From NCBI GenBank assembly GCA_050633305.1, contig JBOEGF010000018.1, positions 480,001 to 544,000 of the forward strand: DNA of 64,000 bases, in the 5' to 3' direction. The notes beneath the pieces were generated by a model. It ran no database searches. It was not told where the DNA came from and saw nothing but the letters and a program-made list of their open reading frames with translations. The position numbers and the translations under genes were made by a program. The DNA is from Nannocystales bacterium. GTDB taxonomy: Bacteria; Myxococcota_A; Polyangia; Nannocystales; Nannocystaceae. The number at the start of each line of letters is the position of its first letter. Within the stretch, counting starts at the first letter, position 1. Positions 46,348-55,158 of the stretch are shown here, in pieces.

Positions 46348-47244
46348 ATGCGTTTTCTTCTGACTTCCACAGTGTCCTTGATGGCTGCGTGTGCGGCCAC
46401 GCCTTCTGCGACCGAGACGCCACAGGGTCCCGCTGCGGCCGCGGCCCCGACTTCTGAGGCAGGCCGGACGAAGACAGACTGGGCCGCCGCGGTCAGCGTC
46501 GAAGCGGAGGCTTTGCAGGCCGCGCATCCGGGGGCCGAGGTCCGGATCGCTGTGCTGGATGACTGTGGCCAGGCTGTCTTGGCCCGCCATGGGGACATCG
46601 ATGTGGCGAAGCCAACCGGGTCCTCGATCAAGCCGTTGGCCATTCACGCGGCGCTCGGCCTGGGACTCGATCCCGCGCTCGAGGTCGATGCCTCCGCGCC
46701 GCTGAAGGTAGGGGATGAGACGATCAAGGACTCGCGAAACAACGGAGTGCTCAGCCTCTCCGAGGCCATCGCGAAATCCTCGAACATCGCGGTCGCCCGG
46801 GCACTACAGACCGTCGACTGGAAGGAGGCCTATGCGCGAGTGGGAACGCTCGTCTCACTCCCGAGCCCCGAGGGGCTGAGCCTTCGGGACGCGATCGGTC
46901 AACTCGATGGGTTCAAGACGACGGTCCCGCTGCACGAGCTTGTGTCCGCGTATGCGCAGATGGCCTCGACGTCACATGGGGAGGCCGTGCTCGACATGTT
47001 GCGGCTCGCGGTGACGCCCGAGGGGACAGGGTCCGCGGCGGTGGTCGAGGGGTTGGAGGTCTTGGGAAAGACCGGAACCTCCAGGATTGACGACGTGCAG
47101 GGCGCGGTCTTCGTCGGTCGCGTGCGCGATGGGGAGAAGTCCGCGTGGATTGGAGTCTCCGTCCATGGCGTTGCCGAAGATGCCTACGGCGGAACGGTCT
47201 GCGCGCCTGCGTTCGCCCACATCGCCAAAGCTGTGCTGCGCTAG
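46348..47244 (+). CDS. Compact transpeptidase/beta-lactamase-fold lipoprotein
   Basis: Lipobox MAAC; SxxK (GSSIKP), SxN (KSSN), KTG. Alternative ATG at 46303 overlaps the previous stop. Confidence 0.8.
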   Translation: MRFLLTSTVSLMAACAATPSATETPQGPAAAAAPTSEAGRTKTDWAAAVSVEAEALQAAHPGAEVRIAVLDDCGQAVLARHGDIDVAKPTGSSIKPLAIHAALGLGLDPALEVDASAPLKVGDETIKDSRNNGVLSLSEAIAKSSNIAVARALQTVDWKEAYARVGTLVSLPSPEGLSLRDAIGQLDGFKTTVPLHELVSAYAQMASTSHGEAVLDMLRLAVTPEGTGSAAVVEGLEVLGKTGTSRIDDVQGAVFVGRVRDGEKSAWIGVSVHGVAEDAYGGTVCAPAFAHIAKAVLR

Positions 47245-48266
47245 CTCCGGTGAACCTCGACCTGCCAGATCCCGCCCTTGTGCTCGGTGAAGCTCGTCCG
47301 GACGGGTAGAAACCTGGCGATGATGTCCGCGTTCGTACGGGTGTGCAGCGAAGGGGCGCTGGTGAAGAAACTCCCGCCCTGGGCGAGCGCCATCGGCAGC
47401 AGGAGCTGGTCGGCGAGGTGCTCGTCGACGGGGACCTCGGATGCAAGGAACCGCTGCATCTCCTGGGCTGCGTCGGAAGCGACGTCCTCCGATCGTCTTC
47501 CTTTGCTCCCGATGCTGGAGACGACCGTGGTCCCGCTGTCGAAACTCGCTCCGAGCAGGAGCGCGTTGCCTGGCCCTGCCGACTCGACACGAGCGGTTGT
47601 CCCTTGGTTGCGTTGCCAGCCAAGTGCCGCGATGGCGGTGCCGACTTCGCGCTGGGCGATCTTGACCGGGAGACCGGAGACCACCGCTCGTGCATCGACC
47701 CCCCGGGCGCTGCCGCGGGTCTCCCACGTGCACGGGTGCAGCTCGCTTGGACGCAACGATGCACGCAAGCGTCCGCCGCCCGCCGGGTAGAACCCGTGTC
47801 GCTCGAGAGTGAGCTCCGCGCGCACGCCCATCTTCCGAACCTGCGGGAAGAACGTTCGGTCGAGGAACTCGAAGGTGGGTGCCATCGGGTTGTGGGTACC
47901 ACCGTCGATGACCACCTCGGACGGCGCATCGGCGAGGAGCAAGGGCCACAGGATGGTCTGCAGGACCAGTGTTGTGCTGCCCGCCGTTCCGATGGCGACC
48001 TGATGCTGTCCCGGCTGAACAGGCCCGGGAGCGAAGCACAGCTCCATACTGCCCACGGCCTCACCGCGCAGCTCGGCCCCGCTGATCGCCCCCGCCGCTC
48101 GGACCGCCGCAAGGTGCTGGCGGCGTAGCCCTGGCTTCGAGCGTTTGGCCCGTATGTTTCGGAACACAACGGGTGTCCCCGTGATGACCGACAGGGCGAG
48201 CGAAGAGCGGAGGATCTGGCCTCCGCCCTCGCCCTTGCTGCCGTCGATTTCGATGGGAGAGGTCAT
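47241..48266 (-). CDS. rtcA: RNA 3'-terminal phosphate cyclase
   Basis: DGSKGEGGGQILR, PGLRRQH, GGTHNPMAP, GFYPAGGG, DEHLADQL. Confidence 0.96.
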   Translation of the reverse strand: MTSPIEIDGSKGEGGGQILRSSLALSVITGTPVVFRNIRAKRSKPGLRRQHLAAVRAAGAISGAELRGEAVGSMELCFAPGPVQPGQHQVAIGTAGSTTLVLQTILWPLLLADAPSEVVIDGGTHNPMAPTFEFLDRTFFPQVRKMGVRAELTLERHGFYPAGGGRLRASLRPSELHPCTWETRGSARGVDARAVVSGLPVKIAQREVGTAIAALGWQRNQGTTARVESAGPGNALLLGASFDSGTTVVSSIGSKGRRSEDVASDAAQEMQRFLASEVPVDEHLADQLLLPMALAQGGSFFTSAPSLHTRTNADIIARFLPVRTSFTEHKGGIWQVEVHRS

Positions 48267-48276
48267 GGCTCCTGCT

Positions 48277-49509
48277 TCAACCCTTCACGCAGACCACCTG
48301 CCGAAGCGTATGTACCACTTCGACGAGGTCGCGCTGCGCTTCCATCACCGCATCGATCGACTTGTATGCGGCGGGTGTTTCGTCGATCACCGACTCATCC
48401 TTGCGGCACTCGACGCCTTCGGTCGCCTTGACGTGGTCCTCCACGGTGAACCGTCGCTTGGCTTCGGTTCGGGACATGGCCCGACCAGCGCCGTGACTGC
48501 ACGAGCAGAAGCTCTCCGCGTTGCCCTTTCCACGGACGATGTACGAGCGCGTGCCCATGCTTCCGGGAATGATGCCCAGCTCGCCTGCACCCGCGCGCAC
48601 GGCCCCCTTACGGGTCACCCAGACGTTCGCGTTGAAGTGATGCTCGCGAGCCACGTAGTTGTGGTGACAGTTCACAGCTTCGAGGTCGGCCCGGAATGCG
48701 GGCAGGTCAGGCACGTTCTGGAGCGCAGCCAAGGTGTTACGCATCATCAACTCGCGGTTGAGACGAGCGAAGTCCTGTGCCCAACCAACAGCCTCGACGT
48801 AGTCGTCGAAGTGCTGTGACCCCTCGGGAAAGTAGGCCAGGTTTTGGTCGGCGAGATGGACGAACCACCGTTCCATCTCTTCCTTGGCCTTCGCGATGAA
48901 GTACGAGCCGATCCGGTTCCCGACGCCCCGCGAGCCGCTATGCAGCATGACCCACACGCGCTCGGACTGATCGAGGCAGAGCTCGATGAAGTGATTTCCC
49001 GTACCAAGCGTGCCGAGGTGGTGGAGGTTGTTGCTCTGGCCCACCTTGGGGTGCTTGTCGACGATCGCCGAAAATCGGGGCTCGAGCGAGGCCCAGGCTT
49101 CCCCGACCGGACGTGGGATGTCACCCCACGACCCGCGGTCTCGGCGGGAGCGGCCGCTGCTGCGACCGTGAGGAACAGCCCGCTCGATGGCGGCGCGCAC
49201 GTGACCGAGCGAGTCGGGCAGGTCACTCGCCGTCATGCTGGTCCGGGTGGCCATCATGCCGCAGCCCAGGTCCACGCCAACCGCTGCCGGGACGATCGCA
49301 CCCTTGGTGGGGATGACCGAGCCGACCGTGGCGCCCATACCCCAATGTACGTCGGGCATGGCGGCGACCCACTTGTGCACGAACGGAAGCTGCGCGATGT
49401 TGGCGAGTTGCCGAAGCGCGGCATCTTCCACGGGGACACCTCGGGTCCAGCGCTTGACCGGAACGGAGCCCTCGACATGGTCGACCTCGTAGTTGCGCGT
49501 CATGTTCAT
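48277..49509 (-). CDS. rtcB: RNA ligase RtcB
   Basis: MPDVHWG, GVDLGCG, GTGNHF, HSGSRG, CHHNY, IPGSMG, HGAGR, DETPAAYK. Confidence 0.96.
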   Translation of the reverse strand: MNMTRNYEVDHVEGSVPVKRWTRGVPVEDAALRQLANIAQLPFVHKWVAAMPDVHWGMGATVGSVIPTKGAIVPAAVGVDLGCGMMATRTSMTASDLPDSLGHVRAAIERAVPHGRSSGRSRRDRGSWGDIPRPVGEAWASLEPRFSAIVDKHPKVGQSNNLHHLGTLGTGNHFIELCLDQSERVWVMLHSGSRGVGNRIGSYFIAKAKEEMERWFVHLADQNLAYFPEGSQHFDDYVEAVGWAQDFARLNRELMMRNTLAALQNVPDLPAFRADLEAVNCHHNYVAREHHFNANVWVTRKGAVRAGAGELGIIPGSMGTRSYIVRGKGNAESFCSCSHGAGRAMSRTEAKRRFTVEDHVKATEGVECRKDESVIDETPAAYKSIDAVMEAQRDLVEVVHTLRQVVCVKG

Positions 49510-49610
49510 GCTCTCACCATGAGCAGGATGCGTTCTCGGCGGAGTCTTGCGTGATTCCAGCTGCTTACACATCTCTGCGGCTGGTGGAGCGAGATTCTTG
49601 GATACGAGAT

Positions 49611-49624
49611 TATACTTTTGTATA
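49611..49624. promoter_or_regulatory. AT-rich palindrome, candidate RtcR binding site
   Basis: TATAC-TTTT-GTATA between the divergent rtcB and rtcR, overlapping the rtcR start. Confidence 0.45.
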
Positions 49625-51207
49625 TGTCGAAGAAGACGGTGGTGCTCTCGATGTTGGGCTCGACGCTCGACAAGGGTACGGGAGTGCGTCGGTGGGAGCG
49701 GTGGCGTCCGACGGTTGACCTGCATCGCCACGAGGACCTCGTGGTCGACCGCTTGGAGCTTCTGGTCCCACGTCAGGCGAAGAACCTCGCTGCGCGGATC
49801 GTCGAAGACATCGCCTCCGTCTCGCCGGAGACGACGGTGCGTGTGCACTCCGTGGACTTCTCCGACCCTTGGGACTTCGAGGAGGTCTACACGGGATTGC
49901 TGGACTTCGTTCGCGGGGAGACGTTCGCGACCGCTCGGGAGGACTATCTGGTCCACATCTCGACCGGCACCCACGTGATGCAGATCTGTTGGTTCCTCCT
50001 GACCGAAGCGAGGTTCGTGCCCGGGCGGATCCTGCAGACCTCGCCCGAGGCGGGCAACCGAGGACCCGGGCATGTTCGGATCATTGACCTCGACCTCTCC
50101 AGCTACGGAGCGATCCGCACCAGGTTCGAAGCCCAGCAACGCGACGATGTCTCGTTCTTGAAACAAGGGATCGAGACGCGGAACGTCGCCTTCAACCAGC
50201 TGGTCGACGAGATTGAGACGGTCGTCATGCGGTCCCGGGCACCGGTCTTGCTCACGGGCCCCACGGGGGCCGGCAAGACCCAACTGGCGCGGCGAATCCA
50301 CGCGCTCTTGCAGGAGCGCGGGCAGGTCGAGGGACGGCTCGTCGAGGTGAACTGCGCGACGCTGCGGGGAGACCAGGCGATGTCGGCGCTGTTCGGCCAC
50401 AAGCGTGGTGCGTTCACCGGGGCCGTTCGCGACCGCGCTGGCGTACTGGTGGAGGCCGACCGAGGCATCGTATTCCTCGACGAGATCGGAGAACTCGGGC
50501 TCGACGAGCAAGCCATGCTGCTCCGGGCGATCGAAGACCGACGATTTACACCCTTGGGCTCCGACCAAGAGGTCCACAGCGCGTTCGGGCTGATCGCAGG
50601 GACGAACCGAGACCTCCGGGAATGCGTTCGGGCGGGCTCGTTCCGCCAAGACCTGCTCGCGCGAATCGACCTGTGGACGTTCGCGCTGCCCGGTCTCGCG
50701 CAACGGCCCGAAGACATCGAGCCCAACCTGGACTACGAACTCGAACGGTACGCCGGGGAGCATGGACGGCGAGCCTCGCTTACTCGGGTTGCGCGGACGC
50801 GGTTCGTCGACTTCTCGACGTCCGTTGACGCACCGTGGCCGGGCAACTTCCGAGACTTCGCGGGCGCGGTGATCCGGATGGCAACGCTGGCCCCCCGCGG
50901 CCGAATCACGCCGGGGGTCGTCGCGGACGAGGTGGCTCGTCTGAAGGGTCGTTGGGAAGGGAGCGAAAACACCCGCTTCCCACGGGTGCGGGCGGTTCTT
51001 GGCGAGGAGGGGGCCGAACTCGACAGGTTCGATGCCGCTCAACTCGAGGAGGTCCTGCGGGTCTGCGAGTCGAGCGCTTCGCTGTCGGCGGCGGGCCGCA
51101 CTCTCTTCGCTGCATCGAGGGCGCGGCGACGGTCCGTGAACGATGCAGACCGACTCCGGAAGTATCTGGCGAAGTTCGATCTGGAGTTTGCATCGCTTCG
51201 AGTTTGA
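49624..51207 (+). CDS. rtcR: Sigma54-dependent activator RtcR (CARF + AAA+)
   Basis: RWERWRPT, DPWDFEEVY, HISTGTH; GPTGAGKT, GAFTGA, FLDEIG, WPGNFR; NDADRLRKYL. Confidence 0.96.
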   Translation: MSKKTVVLSMLGSTLDKGTGVRRWERWRPTVDLHRHEDLVVDRLELLVPRQAKNLAARIVEDIASVSPETTVRVHSVDFSDPWDFEEVYTGLLDFVRGETFATAREDYLVHISTGTHVMQICWFLLTEARFVPGRILQTSPEAGNRGPGHVRIIDLDLSSYGAIRTRFEAQQRDDVSFLKQGIETRNVAFNQLVDEIETVVMRSRAPVLLTGPTGAGKTQLARRIHALLQERGQVEGRLVEVNCATLRGDQAMSALFGHKRGAFTGAVRDRAGVLVEADRGIVFLDEIGELGLDEQAMLLRAIEDRRFTPLGSDQEVHSAFGLIAGTNRDLRECVRAGSFRQDLLARIDLWTFALPGLAQRPEDIEPNLDYELERYAGEHGRRASLTRVARTRFVDFSTSVDAPWPGNFRDFAGAVIRMATLAPRGRITPGVVADEVARLKGRWEGSENTRFPRVRAVLGEEGAELDRFDAAQLEEVLRVCESSASLSAAGRTLFAASRARRRSVNDADRLRKYLAKFDLEFASLRV

Positions 51208-51277
51208 CGGCCGAGCGAAGTGGCCGGGATACCGGACACGTGTGGGCCCCGACTCTTGCGTGGTAGCGTGCAATCCC

Positions 51278-51976
51278 GTGGATCAGCCGAAGGCGACCGT
51301 CCTGTGTATCGACGACGATCCCGCGGATCTGGTGCTGATTACACGGACGTTGATGCTCGGGCTTCCGCGGTCCTACGACTTCCTGGTCGCGGAGAGTCTC
51401 GAAGCCGGGTACGAAGTCTCGCGAGAGTGGGGAGTGGACTTGGTGGTTGTGGACCTCGGTCTTCGTTTGAGCTCCGGGTCCCAGACGGTGCGCCGTGCGG
51501 TGTCGTTGTTTCCCGCGATTCCGATCGTTGTCCTGACCGGGAACAAGATCGCCGGGGTTGGAAACCTTTGTATCGATGAAGGGGCAGAGGACTTCGTTCC
51601 GAAAACTCGGCTTGCGACCGACCTGGCGCGAGCGGTCGAGTTTGCAATTCGTCGTCGCCGGGTCTCGGAGGCGCAGCAGGCGAGCTTCGCTCGGATCGTC
51701 ACCAGGCTGACCGCCGCCTTCCCGGCCACCGAAGACATCGATGGGGCGGTGCGGGAGGTCCTGCTTCAGAACCTCCACAGTGCGGTCGATGGGGAATCAC
51801 GGGCGGACACGCTCAGGCGCGTCCGCCGGGTCGCAGAGCTGCTGCACGCCGAGCAGATGTCTCCGATGAAACTCCTGGGCCTGTTGTTTGCCTCAAAGGA
51901 CGGCTCGGCCGACACTGGAAACGTGGCCGTGGCTCTCCTCGCGGAACTCGGGCAAGCCTACTTCGAGCAGCCCTGA
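51278..51976 (+). CDS. Response regulator receiver protein with helical C-terminus
   Basis: VLCIDDD, VVDLGL (phospho-Asp), VLTG, FVPK. Confidence 0.8.
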   Translation: MDQPKATVLCIDDDPADLVLITRTLMLGLPRSYDFLVAESLEAGYEVSREWGVDLVVVDLGLRLSSGSQTVRRAVSLFPAIPIVVLTGNKIAGVGNLCIDEGAEDFVPKTRLATDLARAVEFAIRRRRVSEAQQASFARIVTRLTAAFPATEDIDGAVREVLLQNLHSAVDGESRADTLRRVRRVAELLHAEQMSPMKLLGLLFASKDGSADTGNVAVALLAELGQAYFEQP

Positions 51977-52013
51977 TCGGTGGCGCCTGCGGTCGCGCCC
52001 GCGAGACTCCGGG

Positions 52014-52421
52014 TCAGAAACAGGCACGTGTGGGGCCGGCGTCCGTGTCGACCTCCTCGCATCGCATGCCATCGGGGCACGGGAGTCCGTCGCCGCAGTC
52101 GATCGCGCAAACGCGGGCGCCCGTGGGGAGTCCGATGTCGAGACAGAAGGCGCGACCCAGATCACCCGGATCGTCGGGGCAGTCGCTCGGGTCGTTCGGT
52201 CCCGCACATTCTCGGGTGCAATAGCCGTCTTCGCCGGATGGGAACACGCAGTACGGCAGTGGCGCGCACGCGTCGGGCGTGCCGCATGGAGAGTAGACAG
52301 CCCCAGGCGTGTCCGGTTGGACCCCCACATCGTCGTCTGTGTCTGCGGTGGATGCCGCGGGGAGCTGGCTTCCGCAGGCCCACAGGGCTACGGCGAGGGG
52401 AACGAAGGCAAAGCGCTGCAC
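52014..52421 (-). CDS. Small Cys-rich lipoprotein
   Basis: GTG start, lipobox LWAC, Cys-rich repeats (YCT..C, CAIDC, CPDGMRC). Confidence 0.7.
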   Translation of the reverse strand: MQRFAFVPLAVALWACGSQLPAASTADTDDDVGVQPDTPGAVYSPCGTPDACAPLPYCVFPSGEDGYCTRECAGPNDPSDCPDDPGDLGRAFCLDIGLPTGARVCAIDCGDGLPCPDGMRCEEVDTDAGPTRACF

Positions 52422-52539
52422 CAGCAGCGTGATACGGCGGACCGGCCCAAGGGTTCCCGAAGACGGTGGTATCGCGGCGCAATCGCGTTGTCGCTGCGCA
52501 GCCGGGCTTGAGGCCTGCGAGGTTGGTATGCTTTGGGCC

Positions 52540-53025
52540 ATGGCCGAACAAAAGGTGGTGGCGCTCGAGCGCGCAAAGCCCGATCCGTCGGTTCCCGAAG
52601 GCGCGACGTTGGGCTGGATCGTCCGGGTGGACGATGATGGGGTTTGGGTTGACACCGAGGACAACTCTACAGGCCCACTGCTTTCACTCAGCGTCGTGGC
52701 GCTGTCCCGGGAAGACCTCGAGGCGGCGATCTCCGACCGCCGGGAGGCTGTGTTGTTGTTCGTCGTCGCCACTGGCCAGCCCGTGTTGCTCGGGCTTCGG
52801 CAGCCGCTGCCCGCGCTCGAGGCGAAGCTTCCGACCGACGACATCGCTGCGGCTGTTGACGGCAAGCGTGTCCACCTCGAGGGGCAAGATGAGGTCGTGC
52901 TTCGGTGCGGCAAGTCCAGCATCACAATGCGCCGCAATGGTCGTATCGTGATCCGAGGCGTTCAGGTCGAATCGCGAGCCACGGGCCGCAACCGCATCAA
53001 GGGCGGCGCTGTCCTCATCAACTGA
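52540..53025 (+). CDS. DUF6484-like protein (VgrG C-terminal-like; T6SS/eCIS-associated)
   Basis: C-terminus EVVLRCGKSSITMRRNGRIVIRG...NRIKGGAVLIN. Confidence 0.8.
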   Translation: MAEQKVVALERAKPDPSVPEGATLGWIVRVDDDGVWVDTEDNSTGPLLSLSVVALSREDLEAAISDRREAVLLFVVATGQPVLLGLRQPLPALEAKLPTDDIAAAVDGKRVHLEGQDEVVLRCGKSSITMRRNGRIVIRGVQVESRATGRNRIKGGAVLIN

Positions 53026-53040
53026 GGCCTGAACACGCCG

Positions 53041-54393
53041 ATGACCGAGACACGGTCCGACACGATCCTTTGGGACGTGGTCGAAGAACATCTCGACGAA
53101 GCCGAGTTCCTTGCGGAGACTTGGCACGTCAATCTGGATTCTCCCGCGTACCTCCGCGAGGAATTTGAACAAGGTCCCCAAGAACGCCTGCTCGCCCATG
53201 TCGACGGGCTTGTGGTCGGTGGCGAGGAGGTTCGCGCCGAGCTGCTCGAGCCAGCGCTGGCCGACGAGGACACGGAGCGGTGGCGTGCCGCCGCCGTCGC
53301 TCTTTCTCTCCTGTCGCATCCCAACGTCCAGTTTGCCGCTCCGCTGTTCGACGGTCTCGACGAGCGCCCCGAGGAGGTTCGGCTCGGCATCGCAGATGCG
53401 CTCGCGATGTCGTCGCGTTCGGACCTCGACGTTCGGATCACCGATGCGCTCCGACGCGGCGGCGAGCCGGCCCATCTCACGGCGTTGGCCACGGTCGGCG
53501 GGATGCGGGGCGCCAACCCTGGCAATCTGGTCGATGGACTTCTGCAAGGCGCCGACGAGTCGGGCCGAGCGGCAGCCGTTTCGATGCTTCCCTACGGGGA
53601 CCGTCGGTACCTGAACTGGGTTGAGCATTCGCTCACGGGGACCACCCCGGAGCTGCAATGGGCCGCGGCTCGGGCCGGGTTGGTGATGGGGTCCGGCCCG
53701 GCTTGGCAGCAAGTTGGGCGATGGGGGCTCGCAGACGAACCCGATCCTGAGGCGATGGTGTTGCTCGCCTCGCTCGCGGACCGAAACATCACCCAGCGGA
53801 TCGCAGATCGGGCGGACGACGAGGCGGTGCGTCCGCGCGTATTGCATGCTCTGGGCTACAGCGGGCGACGACTGGCGATGGAAACCTGCCTCACGTGGCT
53901 CGGCGATGAGACCGCGGGGCCGTTGGCAGGGGAGGCCTTCGCCGCGATGACCGGTCTCCCACTCGACGATGACGCGTTCTGGGATGACGTCGAGGATGAT
54001 GACGGCGAGGATGATGAGAACGAGGACGTTGATGACCTCGAAGAAGACCTCGAGGAAGAAGACCTCGACGAAGACCTCGGGGTCTCGGCCGAACAAGAAC
54101 TCCGCATCCCCAAGCCCGAGGCGATCCTCGCGTGGTGGGAGGAAAGGCAATCGCGCTTTGACGCAAAGAAGCGCTACATCGCGGGGCGGCCCGCAGACCA
54201 GGTTGCCATCGCCCATGCGCTCAAGGTGCTGCCGATGCGGCGTCACCACGCGCTGGCCTTCGAGCTGCTCGTGCGCTCGAAGGGGACGGTCAACCTACGG
54301 ACTCGCGCGCTGACGTTCGCATCCACCGAGTTGCTCGCAGGACTCCCGGGCATCCCATATGTGGACGGCAATCGAGTGTACGGCCAGCACTGA
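53041..54393 (+). CDS. TIGR02270-family HEAT-repeat protein
   Basis: WDVVEEHLDEAEFL, ERLLAHVDGL, LAGEAF..MTG, WW..., MRRHHALAFEL. Confidence 0.82.
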   Translation: MTETRSDTILWDVVEEHLDEAEFLAETWHVNLDSPAYLREEFEQGPQERLLAHVDGLVVGGEEVRAELLEPALADEDTERWRAAAVALSLLSHPNVQFAAPLFDGLDERPEEVRLGIADALAMSSRSDLDVRITDALRRGGEPAHLTALATVGGMRGANPGNLVDGLLQGADESGRAAAVSMLPYGDRRYLNWVEHSLTGTTPELQWAAARAGLVMGSGPAWQQVGRWGLADEPDPEAMVLLASLADRNITQRIADRADDEAVRPRVLHALGYSGRRLAMETCLTWLGDETAGPLAGEAFAAMTGLPLDDDAFWDDVEDDDGEDDENEDVDDLEEDLEEEDLDEDLGVSAEQELRIPKPEAILAWWEERQSRFDAKKRYIAGRPADQVAIAHALKVLPMRRHHALAFELLVRSKGTVNLRTRALTFASTELLAGLPGIPYVDGNRVYGQH

Positions 54394-54443
54394 GGGGCTG
54401 GCCGCGGTTGCCTGGCCCCGGCCCGAGTGACACCCTCGTCGTC

Positions 54444-55079
54444 GTGACCCCTGCAGGCAATGGTCGGTCTCATCGTGTCGTGCTCACCGGCGGGCCCGGA
54501 GGGGGAAAGACGACCGCGGCCGACCTCCTTCGACGTGAGGTCGGAGAGAAGATCGTCGTCGTCCCCGAGAGCGCGACCCTGCTCTTCGGTGGGGGCTTTC
54601 CCCGCGAGTCCGAGCCGGCCGCGCGACGGTCTGCTCAGAACGCGATCTTCCACGTGCAACGCGGACTCGAAGACGTCTACGGTGCGACGTACCCCGATCG
54701 GGTCCTGCTGTGCGACCGAGGCACGGTCGATGGTGCCGTCTATTGGCCCGGGACTCCTGACGAGTTCTTCGAGACCGCTGGCACCACGCTCGAACAAGAG
54801 CTTGGCCGCTACGACCGTGTCCTGTTCTTCGAGACGGCCGCGGTGGGTGGGATCTCGATCGAAGGAGGGAACCCGGTGCGTACCGAGGATCAGGAGCAAG
54901 CGATCGCGCTCGACACGGCGCTGCGCGACCTTTGGTCTCAACATTCGAACTTCACGCTGATCCGCCACGACGGGTCCTTCCTCAAGAAGATCTTCAATGC
55001 CTTGTCCGTGTTGACCGGTGTCGTCGACGAACATGGGAGCGCATCCGCGGACGCGCGGGCTGCGGCTGCGGACGGGTGA
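54444..55079 (+). CDS. AAA_28/NadR-like P-loop NTPase
   Basis: VVLTGGPGGGKTT, VPESA, LCDRG..D..Y, R.E. Start uncertain. Confidence 0.8.
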   Translation: MTPAGNGRSHRVVLTGGPGGGKTTAADLLRREVGEKIVVVPESATLLFGGGFPRESEPAARRSAQNAIFHVQRGLEDVYGATYPDRVLLCDRGTVDGAVYWPGTPDEFFETAGTTLEQELGRYDRVLFFETAAVGGISIEGGNPVRTEDQEQAIALDTALRDLWSQHSNFTLIRHDGSFLKKIFNALSVLTGVVDEHGSASADARAAAADG

Positions 55080-55158
55080 GACCACGGTCCCGTAGGCGTG
55101 GAGCCGCGCGTTCCGGCCGCGGATCCGTCGCTAAAAACTGTGTGATAACTTACCTCTG

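Noticed and set aside
38658..51207. Functional link between the putative tRNA-cleaving TOPRIM cargo and nearby rtcBA RNA repair
   Set aside because: rtc lies outside the att sites, separated by three unrelated genes; the nuclease target and end chemistry are unknown, so proximity alone is not evidence.
52523..52539. Sigma54-like TTGGTATG-N4-GGGC upstream of the DUF6484 gene
   Set aside because: Weak -12 element, and the implied transcription start would fall inside the predicted ORF.
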